Source: Octopus sinensis (lineage: Eukaryota). From it: a DNA stretch of 64,000 nucleotides. The stretch's first letter is position 1. Each line of letters opens with the position of its first letter. The stretch covers positions 162,998,001-163,062,000 of the forward strand of contig NC_043000.1 in assembly GCF_006345805.1 (NCBI RefSeq), given 5' to 3'. Below the pieces are notes generated by a model. It was not told the origin of the DNA. It ran no database searches and saw only the letters and a program-made list of their open reading frames with translations. Shown in pieces: positions 53,760-64,000 of the stretch. Made by a program: the position numbers and the translations under genes.

Positions 53760-53960
53760 CTCTCAGTTGTCACAGTATACTCTATGTGGGCGTTTTTTCT
53801 TTTCTCCCTTCTTTCCTTTTTTCTTTTTTTCTTTTTCTTTTTTCTTTTCTTCTCCCCTTTTTTCTTTTTTCTTTTCCTTTTTCTTTTTTCTTTTTCTTTT
53901 TCTTTTTTTCCTTTTCCTTGTCTCTTTTCTTCTCTTTCCTTTCTTTTCTTTTCTTTGCTC
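53760..53960. repeat. ~200-bp polypyrimidine tract
   Basis: Almost only C/T. Confidence 0.95.
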
Positions 53961-54575
53961 CACAAAAAATTCCTTCAGCCTTTAGAAGTCATAACATAGC
54001 AGTCTTGTGAAGAGAACAGTAATGTGACAAATACCTTATCATATAGCATGAAATTATACCCACCTCATTGTGGATTAACCATAGATAAATTCATCGTCTG
54101 TGAGTATGAAATTCCTCCTCATATCTCTGGAAATTTACATCTACACTACGGATTAATTCACCTTCTCTGTGAAGCTAATAAGCTTTTTTTAAAAAACCTG
54201 TGATAAGACTGTGCATCATCATTAAAGAACTTCGGAAGTCTGTTTACAACCTAAATCTGCTTTTAATGAAATTATCTCCAATACTTCATGAGTATAGCCT
54301 CACCCACTAAGATGTTTGGAGAACTCATATGTGTTTTAGCTGATGAGTACGGGACACTTTTATCTGCTGCAATATTTGGAACTTTTAATAAAGCCTGTCT
54401 TTGTATGAAACAATTGTACTAAAAACTAATCCATTCTTGTTGCTTCTTTCTCGTTTATAATCACCCCACATTACTGTATGGTTAACACCATATAGTTTTC
54501 TGGTGCATCTAAGTTAAGTACCGCATTCAAGTAAATTCATTAGAATTGACTTGAATCTTAATTGCTTTTATTGAA

Positions 54576-54609
<34 letters not shown>

Positions 54610-54619
54610 CATGGAATCT

Positions 54620-54904
54620 ACTATCATTAGACGACCTGCGCCGGTTCTGCAATTTCTCGCTGAACAACCACACAGATGATTTGATTATAGTAATCACATG
54701 TTTGTGTACACATAAGCTCACTTCCCTCCATCAAATCGACATTACCTGTACAGGTGCTCGACATGCCACTCGTTAGATGACGAAATGATCGTGGAGCAAC
54801 GTGAAATGAAGTGTTTTGCTCAAAACGTAGTGCCTGGTCTGAGAATCGAAATCCCGATCTCGCAATCATGAGTGAAACACCCTTACCACTAAGCTATGCA
54901 CCTT
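54620..54904 (-). mobile_element. SINE family B, degenerate
   Basis: ggagcaacgtgaaatgaagtgttttgctcaa..gaatcgaa..accactaagc. Confidence 0.7.
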
Positions 54905-55063
54905 CAGTGTATATATATATTTACGCGTATGTGTGTGTGTGTGTGTGTGTGTGCGTGTGTCTATGTATACGTACATGCATGTATGCAAAGATATACACAC
55001 ACACACACACACTCATACATACATACATACATACATACATACATACATACATACAAACATACA

Positions 55064-55095
<32 letters not shown>

Positions 55096-55102
55096 GATAT
55101 AA

Positions 55103-55310
55103 GGCGAGCTGGCAGAATCGTTATAAATCAGAGAAAAAATGCTTAGCGCCATTCCGTTCGTCTTCACGTTTTGAGTTCAAATTCCACCAGAGCTAGCTCA
55201 GCCTTTCATCATTTCGGAATCGATTAAGTAAGTACCAGTTGAGTATTGGGGTCGAAGTAATCGCCTTACTCCGCCCCCGTAATAGCTGGCCTTATGCTAA
55301 AATTTAAAGA
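55103..55310 (+). mobile_element. SINE family A
   Basis: ggcgagctggcagaatcgtt..gagttcaaattcc..aagtaccagtt. Confidence 0.85.
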
Positions 55311-55326
55311 CACGAACACGCACACA

Positions 55327-55423
<97 letters not shown>

Positions 55424-55539
55424 TTGGGCACTTGCCAAAGGATTTCACAATACAAAAGATATCAAAACAAAGTAAAGTGAACGAATTATAGATAAAGGTA
55501 TGACTCAAAGGTTTGGGTTACCCTTTAGAAGCACTGCTG

Positions 55540-55738
55540 CAAAGTTAGGTGGATGAAATAGACGAAGTGTATGCGGTTTTCAAAGAAACAACAAAGGAAA
55601 AGAAGAAGCTGCTGGTCTGAGAGATTGAAAGCATTTAACATGCCTACCATGATAATAATCGATGAACATAGACGATAGATTATATCAGAAATGTTGAACA
55701 ACCCCGGCGATATTGAAACCATTAAACGACAGAACCTG

Positions 55739-55837
<99 letters not shown>

Positions 55838-56280
55838 TAAGTGATGAGCAAAAACATGAAAAATTACAGAGTAATTTCTCTTTTATCGATACCGTGTAAG
55901 TTTTTGCTATAGTTCTCTTCGGCTGAAAGGAAAGTAAAACTGAAGGAACGAAGGGTAAGATTGGTTTTAGGTCAGATGGAGACACAATTGATATTAAGTT
56001 CAAAGTGAAACAGGTAACTTTAAAACCAAAAGAACGTCATTTTTCCCTCATACTTCAACCTCATTGATCTTAAAGCTGTCTTCGACACGATCTGGCAGAG
56101 AGAACTGGGGTAAATGATGACTGTGGAAGGAGCACACCGCAAGATAGTGTGTACTGAAAAATCGCTGAACAACAGTGCCGAGTATATTGTGGTTAAGGGC
56201 GATCAGTCGACAGTTTGCTTTAAAGTTCGCATGGATCTGAGATAAAGCTGTTTGCAATCCTTCAACATTTTCATCGGTTT
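55540..56280 (+). mobile_element. Highly degenerate LINE RT fragment
   Basis: LIDLKAVFDTIWQREL and FKVRMDLR*SCLQSFNIF resemble RT motifs A and B. Confidence 0.5.
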
Positions 56281-56284
56281 TATA

Positions 56285-56697
56285 GGCAAGCTGGCAGAAA
56301 CGTTAGCACACCGGGCGAAATGCTGAGCGGTATTTCGTCTGCTGTTACGTTCTGAGTTCAAATTCCGCCGAGATCGACTTTGCCTTTCATCCTTTCGAGG
56401 TCGATTAAATAAGTACCAGTTACGCACTGAGGTCGATATAATCGGCTTAATCCGTTTGTCTGACCTTGTTTGTCCCCCCTGCGTTTAGCCCCTTGTGGGT
56501 AGTAAAAAAATAAGTATTTCGTCTGCCGCTACGTCCTGAGTTCAAATTCCGCCGAGGTCGACTTTGCCTTTCATCCTTTCTGGGTCGATTAAATAAGTAC
56601 CAGTTACGCACTGGGGTTGATGAAATCGACTTAATCCATTTGTCTGTCCTTGTTTGTCCCCTCTGTGCCTAGCCCCTTTGGGGCAGTAAAGAAATAG
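56285..56697 (+). mobile_element. SINE A dimer
   Basis: Junction aaataagtatttcg; flanks ggttttatag / ggttttacag. Confidence 0.9.
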
Positions 56698-56738
56698 GTT
56701 TTACAGAATTTACCATGAAAGAACTGAAACATTTAGAT

Positions 56739-57078
56739 CAGTGATTCTCAACCATCTTTTATCAATAGACTCCTTTGATTATTACCTTATTCTGGTGGAT
56801 CACAATAACCATTCAATGTTTAAAAACCAGTTTTATAGATATTTCTTCCAAAATTCCTATTTTGTTTTTCACACATTAATTTGTGTATACTGAACTCTGT
56901 AAAATGTTAGAGAAAGAAACCCAGCAGTTTCTTGCAATACATACATCTAAAGAAAATATCATTCGTGCACCCTTAATACACTATTGTGGGTTGCCACTTT
57001 TGTATTTTGCTTGCGTGAACCCCCAAAGATCTCTTATTGACCTTCAGGTGTCATATGGACTCGGGTTGAGAACCAAGG
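56739..57078. mobile_element. hAT (Charlie-like) MITE
   Basis: Ends cagtgattctcaacc / ggttgagaaccaagg; 8-bp TSD atttagat (56731-56738, 57079-57086). Confidence 0.85.
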
Positions 57079-57217
57079 ATTTAGATGAAACACTAGCGCT
57101 CACTGACATTCTCTCCGAAAATATTAGGTATGCTGACGAAAAAAATATCAATGTCTATGAACTTTGGCATACTGAAAATTTTCACTGAACATTTAGACGA
57201 AGCATGCATTAAACTGG

Positions 57218-57485
57218 GTGGAGGCACATGGCCTAGTGGTTACAGCAGCGGACTCGCGGTCAAGGGATCGCGGGTTCGAATCTCAGACCGGGCGATGTGT
57301 GTGTTTATGAGCGAAACACAAGTTCCATGCGGTTCTGGCAGAAGGTAATGGCGAACTTCTGCTGACTCTTTAGCCACAACTTTCTCTCACTCTTTCCTCC
57401 TGCATCTTGCAGCTCACCTGCGACGGACTGGCGTCCCGTCCAGGTGGGGAACCTATACGCCAAGGAAACCAGGAAACCGGCTCTA
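57218..57485 (+). mobile_element. SINE family C (tail c2), 14-bp TSD
   Basis: atgcattaaactgg at 57204-57217 and 57486-57499. Confidence 0.92.
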
Positions 57486-57724
57486 ATGCATTAAACTGGA
57501 CGTTTCAAAAATAGCATGGGAATGTACGAAAATATGTGAGAATGTATGAAGATGAGAAATTATGGGTTCATCTTCTGAAGCGTCGGGAAAACTAAATAGG
57601 CATCATCTGGAATAGATGGGGTCGTCAGTCAGTGACCCAAAGTCAGACTGTATAACGTCTTTATTTTTACAATCGCTACATTTACATCTGGAAAGTGAAT
57701 CCTAAAATCTAGGGATGCAGGTAG

Positions 57725-57890
57725 ACACTGGCGTAGCTAGAGTATGTTCCGCCCGGGGCAGCCCTTCCGTTTGCCGCCACCGGACCCCACTAAAAACACA
57801 TACTGCCTACAGCAGACCCAAAAGTGCCAACCCTTTAAAAATGCCGCCCGGTGCGCACCACCTCTACCGCCCCCGCCCAACTACGCTAGT
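57725..57890. mobile_element. GC-rich short MITE
   Basis: Ends actggcgtagct / aactacgctagt; TSD unclear. Confidence 0.55.
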
Positions 57891-58284
57891 ATAGGTAGGC
57901 TGGATGATTTTCACATGTAGTATTTAAGGTCTATACTGGTGATATTACACGAGTGACGTAGAAATATTTCCGTGAAAAAAAGCTTCATATTACAGATACT
58001 ATTGCTAAGTTAATAAGAAGAAACCCGAATGGTTCGGCCGTGTTTTAAGATGACCCAATAACACCATAATTCCAACATTTCATCAAGACTTTACAAATTT
58101 CAAACCACGTATTTTGCTGACCAAAAGACGGGCTGCAGCTTCTCAGATCAATGGGAATATAAACATTATCACTTACAGCAACAGGTGGGAAAGATACAAA
58201 AGTGATAGTCTTGGACGCAAGGGAGAACGAAAATCCATAGAAAACCGAGTGACTAAATGTTTGAGTGTGCGTAGAAAGAGAGAC

Positions 58285-58322
<38 letters not shown>

Positions 58323-58598
58323 GGAGAAATAGTTACATATATACATATAGACTAATACACAGTAAGATGTATGTATGTATGTATGTATAAAACTCACCAT
58401 TATAAGAAGCCGAACAAATCGTTTGACTAAACATGAGAACCAGGAAAGATAAAACCGAAATTTCTAGCTCGGTCATGCTTCGACACTTTGTTGAAAATCA
58501 AAATGTCGTACGTTCAAAGCGTCTTATGAAAACGCTGTTACGTCTCTTGTTTGCAAACGGTTGATAGCAATGCCAACGAAACAACATATCATTTACAT

Positions 58599-58893
58599 CA
58601 GAGCTTCTCAGACTTTTTGGCCCGCCGCCCCACTCATGGCCACATAATGCCCTCAGTGGTCCCACTCCTATTTTTATGTATAAATAAATATTTTATATTT
58701 TATTAATTTATATATTATGATTCATAATATATTTAATATAATATTATATAATTTGTATACAATACTATAATAATATTATAATATATTCATAGCGTCCCCC
58801 AATCCACTGCCTTCCTCCTAGCGCCTCCTTTTTCTCCACCTCCCACTTAGGCACCAACGCCCACCGGGGTAGCACCCACTTTGAGAACCTATG
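58599..58893. mobile_element. hAT (Charlie-like) MITE
   Basis: Ends cagagcttctcaga / tttgagaacctatg; 8-bp TSD atttacat (58591-58598, 58894-58901). Confidence 0.85.
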
Positions 58894-59098
58894 ATTTACA
58901 TAGTTTCGCTACAATTCGGTCGCTTTTTTTTTCTAAGGGTTTTGTTTTTGTTTGTTTTTTGTTGTTTTGGGGTTTTTTACAAACAAGTGAGCCCTTACAT
59001 GTTCCCTCAATTTGCTCGAAGTGCAATCATATCTTCTTAATAACACATCTTAACGTTTTAAATAAGGAAACGGTATATTACATAGTATAGTTCTATGT

Positions 59099-59402
59099 TT
59101 TGTTTGTTCCTTCTCGAGCCATGTCTGGCTCATAAGGGCCCGTTTCCCGGTTTCCTTGGCGTATAGGTTCCCGGTATAGGGACGCCGGTCCATCTCAGGT
59201 GAGCTGCAAGATGCAGGAGGAAAGAGTGAGAGAAAGTTGTGGCGAAGGAGTCAGCAGAAGTTCGCCATTACCTTCTGCCGGAGCCGCGTGAAGCTGAGGT
59301 GTTTCGCTCATAAACACACACATCTCCTGGTCTGAGATTCGAACCCGCGATCTCCCGACCGCGAGTCCGCTGCTCTAATCACTAGGCCATGTGCCTCCAC
59401 AC
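59099..59402 (-). mobile_element. SINE family C (tail c2), 12-bp TSD
   Basis: atagttctatgt at 59087-59098 and 59403-59414. Confidence 0.9.
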
Positions 59403-59639
59403 ATAGTTCTATGTACCTCTAGAAAAAGATTGGATGGTCATGACTGGAATGTATTTAATCATTTGATTTGGATTGACCTGGGGGCTAAACGATAATAACT
59501 ATATACGTTACTTATCAAGAGATAAAAGTCGTTCTATTTCTTCTTCGTTTTATCTTCGTACTATCAAACTTCCAATTTCTTAAATGTGTTGTATACTTAC
59601 TTTGTCGACAACGAATGTAATAACAGTTTAAAATGGTGG

Positions 59640-59699
59640 ATGACACACACACACACACGCATGCAGACACACCCACACAGAAACGGACAGACACGCACG

Positions 59700-59735
<36 letters not shown>

Positions 59736-59747
59736 CGGACAGACACG

Positions 59748-59803
<56 letters not shown>

Positions 59804-60094
59804 GTGCAGATACGCACACACGCATGCAGACACACCCACACAGAAACGGACAGAACGCACGCACGCACACACACACACACGGCGCAGATACACACACACA
59901 CGCACACACACACACAACACACACCACACGGCGCAGATACACACACACGTATGCAGACACACCCACACAGAAACGGACAGACACGCACGCACACACACAC
60001 ACACCACACACACGGCGCAGATACACACACACGCATGCAGACACACCCACACAGAAACGGACAGACACGCACGCACGCACGCACACACACACAC

Positions 60095-60145
<51 letters not shown>
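59640..60145. repeat. CA-embedded minisatellite
   Basis: Recurring units gcatgcagacacacccacacagaaacggacagacacgc and acggcgcagatacac. Confidence 0.9.
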
Positions 60146-60147
<2 letters not shown>

Positions 60148-61189
60148 GCACACTGACGTTATATTTTCCTCGAGCTTGGCTAACATTTCTTTCCTGTTTT
60201 CGCTAAATTATATAGACAGAGGAATTTTCTTCTGTGTTTACAATAATACACATGAAGAAGGGGTAAGCACAATGACAACAACTAAAAACAGCGATGAAGC
60301 TTGAGTTTAACTCCAGATTTAACACTGGTCAACCAAAATCTTGTGATCAAATACATTCCAACAGTGATAATCAGGAATTACCGATTTGACGTTCGTAAAA
60401 TCGAATTTGTTTCAGATTCAATTTCATTTCAACTCGATTAGCATGTCTTGTAGACGCCCTTCTGCTCCCCGTTTTATTGTGAATCCCAACGAAATAAATA
60501 CTTACAAATCAGCAAAAACTCAATGAACGGCAAACAATTACGACACTGTCTCGATCTTTCTTAGATTCAGCGACTTGTATTGCTTGATGTGCCTGCCGTG
60601 AACTGTTGAAGAATCCTCACCTGTGCCCAGGGCGAAACTCTATTCAAAATAAGTCTAATATTTTTCCTACTTTTTACGCGTTATTCGGAGTGTGTACCAC
60701 TTTTAATTATGGTAAGAAACGTTTGATTGAAATAAAGTTATTGGATCTCTATGATTTTATGAACATCAAATAGGAAATTACTGCGATAATCAGGTCTGCA
60801 ATTCTTTTCTACTCTAGGCACAAGGCCCGAGAATTATGTCTGCAATTGCCAAACATATGGAGTTACATTCTCGAGGACTAAATTATCCTAAAATGATTTT
60901 TAAGACATTGGGGTTTGGTTTCAGGGACAGTTGTCTGAACAGCAGTGTGGAGGATCCTACAAACGCTGCTTTTGAAATTTCAAAAAAAAAACTCAATATC
61001 GTGCTGACTATTGTCTAGAAATATTTGTCCCCTAATGACCTCATTATCATTATTAAACAAACCCCCATCACGGCTACCAATACAGTCACCTGCCAGTCAC
61101 GCCTATATTTTTTAACGTCGATGTCTGTTTTCAAGCGACGTTACCATATCTCAACGGTTTTCCGAAACTATCCCGAAATAATCTTTTCT

Positions 61190-61385
61190 TCTATAAGTAC
61201 AAGGCCTAAAATTTTGGGATATTACATAGACCCCAGTGCTCAACTGGGGTTTATGTAATTTTATCGACCCTAAAAGGATTAAAGGCAAAGTTAACTTCGA
61301 CGTAATTTTGAACTCAGAACACAAAGAACCGGAAAAATTTTCGCAAAGCATTTTGTCTGGAGTGGTAACAATTTTGCCCGCCTGA
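61190..61385 (-). mobile_element. SINE family A, degenerate
   Basis: gaccccagtgctcaactgg..ttatcgaccc..aaaggcaaagt. Confidence 0.7.
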
Positions 61386-61450
61386 TGTTTTATCATCTAA
61401 AAATCACGCATGAAGAGTGAAATTGTGAGTTTGAAATACCTCCTGGAGTA

Positions 61451-61486
<36 letters not shown>

Positions 61487-62171
61487 ACACACTCACACAC
61501 ACACACAATTCTCGTTGATGACATTTTATAGATACGATGTATTTTGGGACACTGTAACAAAATTCGTCATTTACATATGAGATCTTCGAAAAGTCAGAAT
61601 GCAGCTTCAAATACAATAGAATGTCGAACATAATTTGACAATTCTTGAGTTTAAAACCGCAGCCTCACCTTAGAGAAATACTTTGATTTTAATTGTGTAT
61701 CTTCTTTCAGGATCTGACTTCTTTTTTTCTCATCTCTGTCAAGCACCTTTGCGTTCAGTGTTCGGCTGTTCTCTGTCGCTATGTAAAAATTATGTTGAGA
61801 ATTACTTCGAAGATTTTATCACATGTCGTTTTTGATTCTCTTTTTACTGCTTTCCGTTATATTAGAATTTACTACTGTTGTTGCAATTGTTCCTTTTTGT
61901 TTTGTATTATCTTTCTTTTAGATGTAATATTTTATAAATGCCCCACAGAAAAAAAAACAAAGAAAATTCAGAATATATGTATCTTAATTGATTAAAAACA
62001 ACACGCATTAATTACAGGCAAGAAAAATCAAAACAAAATTTTAAAAATCTGTGTAGCAGTGGTGAAACCAAACAAGCATTTTGAGAACACTGAAAGTGTA
62101 AAATAAAAATAAAAATAAATAGAAAGGGAAAAAGAAAGGAAAAGAAAATACGGTCCTGATAAAAGTTTAAT

Positions 62172-62338
62172 ACGTTCTGAGTTCAAATTCCGCCGATGTC
62201 GACTTTGCCTTTCATCCTTTCGAGGTCGATAATTTAAGTACCAGTTACGCACTGGGGTCGATGTAATCAACTTAATCCGTTTGTCTGTCCTTGTTTGTCC
62301 CCTCTGTGTGTAGCCCTTTGTGGGTAATAAAGAAATAG
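62172..62338 (+). mobile_element. SINE family A, 5'-truncated
   Basis: acgttctgagttcaaattccgcc..gggtaataaagaaatag. Confidence 0.85.
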
Positions 62339-62984
62339 AAATTAATTGTTCGCTATCGTGAAAGTGGCTGATGTCGTAAACTCCAGTATTGTCCGTAATT
62401 TATTGTTTCCATTTAAATGTGTTTATATTTATAAAATATTCAGTAGTATCCTATAAATCGGATTGTGTGTCAATATATATTTATGTGTGTGTGTGTGCGT
62501 GTGTTTGTGTACAGACATACCTCAGCTTAAGTTGTTTCGATTTAAGTCGTTCTTGATTATGCGTCGGTTTTCAAAAATAATATATGCAAAAATAAAAAAA
62601 ATAAGTTAAGTCATTTTACTCAACCTTACGTCTGTCCGCCACAAATATTGGAATCGTAAAATCACTAGAAAACCGTTAAAAGCATATTAAAATCATGTAA
62701 CTATACAATAAATAAGAATAAAAGCATATAAAATCATATCAAAATAGTACAGTAAATGTTAAGATACACACCATAAAGTAGTGTGGCTTAGTGAAAGAAA
62801 TCATGAATTCAGCTGTGTTGTCTTATCGGTCTTTCCGAGCTCATATTGCACTGTAATTCCAATATCTATAGTTAGGCGTCGTTGTCACTCGTGATTCCCG
62901 CGATTGTTTTGATTTCAGATTTGTTTATGTTTGTTTATCGACTACTTTCTCATTCTCATTCATTTGTGACTTTATTTTTTGTCC

Positions 62985-63220
62985 CTTTGGCTCCTAAGAA
63001 AATTCATAGTGAAAGTGCTAAGCATCATGTTATAACGCTAGAAGATAAACTGGCTATGATAAAACGCCATGAAAAAGGTAAAAAATTGGTAGCAATTGCT
63101 CGATTTTGGGGGATGAGTCGGACAACTGTATCGACGATTGTATATAACAAGGACAAGATTTTAGCACATATCGAATCTGAAGCCCCAGGGATGAAGAACA
63201 CTGTTATCAATAAGAGAAAA
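62985..63220 (+). mobile_element. Tigger/pogo transposase N-terminal (CENP-B-type HTH) remnant
   Basis: APKK..VITLEDKLAMIKRHEKGKKLVAIARFWGMSRTTVSTIVYNKDKIL. Confidence 0.8.
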
Positions 63221-63301
63221 TTATTTGTTTTTAAACTTAAAATAGATTTTATTAATCATGTATTATTGAAAATGCATTCATTAATAAAGTAAAGAACGGG
63301 A

Positions 63302-63978
63302 ATGGATATTATCGGTTTAGCCTAGAGACAAGTAAATAAGTCCTGGTGTCGATTTGTTCGACTAAAGACACTGCTCCAGTATGGTCACAGACAAATGACT
63401 GAAACAAGTAAAAGAATAAATGAAATGTATATACATACATGTATAATAAATATACATACATGTATAATGCATATATATACATATATATGCATGTGTACAT
63501 TCATATATATATATATATATGTGCATGTATATATACGCATGTGTATATATGTATATATATTTGTATATATGCATGTATATATATGTATATATATTTATAT
63601 ATGTATGTATATATATATGCATATATATATATGTGTGTGTATATATATATGCATGTATATATATACATATATATATTATTAAAATTTTATGTATTGATTA
63701 AGTCTTTCCTTGTTTGTTTTGCAAAATAGTGGTTTTGTCTCTAATAATATTATATAATATTTTACTATAAAATTGGATTTAATCCTAAATCTGATTTTTT
63801 CCCTGTAAATTTGGATTTATTCCCTAATATTTATTATACATGTATGTATATACATTTCATTTATTCTTTTACTTGTTTCAGTCATTTGTCTGTGACCATA
63901 CTGGAGCAGTGTCTTTAGTCGAACAAATCGACACCAGGACTTATTTACTTGTCTCTAGGCTAAACCGATAATATCCAT
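63302..63978. repeat. Perfect 152-bp inverted repeat made of a SINE D 3' end plus flank
   Basis: 63302-63453 vs 63827-63978, no mismatch seen. Confidence 0.95.
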
Positions 63979-64000
63979 ATTATATATACATATACATACA

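Larger units (their letters stand above)
52877..54453. repeat. Inverted repeat, ~257-bp arms of non-SINE sequence
   Basis: 52877-53133 vs 54198-54453, about 6 mismatches. Confidence 0.95.

Noticed and set aside
59640-60145. CRISPR-like repeat/spacer appearance
   Set aside because: Eukaryotic context, CA-derived spacers, no cas genes
62882-63292. Domesticated TIGD/CENP-B gene
   Set aside because: Only the first HTH is present, with a non-ATG ORF start and no DDE domain

Overview
Eukaryotic, AT-rich, very repeat-dense window. The SINE families and microsatellite load point to an octopus (cephalopod) genome; this is an inference from recognised repeat sequences, not a database match. Almost the entire supplied ORF track is microsatellite noise. 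Recognisable content is mostly mobile DNA: several tRNA-headed SINE families, non-LTR remnants (three R4/Dong-like pieces, a CR1-like RT, RTE pieces including one with C2H2 fingers), and DNA transposon remnants (mariner, DD37D/maT, Tigger/pogo, hAT and Merlin-like MITEs with intact TSDs, Helitron-like elements). Host genes are sparse. The best supported is a hand-built 3-exon, 172-aa mucin-like type I membrane protein on the minus strand (52160-50121). Weaker candidates are a 4-exon plus-strand chain at 22.2-23.9 kb, isolated exons at 4.3 and 5.3 kb, and a decayed sushi-domain exon at 45.5 kb. The most unusual signals are structural: repeated local inverted duplications with near-identical arms, SINE dimers that all share one junction (apparent self-targeting), and a mariner derivative with two left ends. 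No rRNA, true tRNA or CRISPR array was seen. All alignments and mismatch counts were done by eye.
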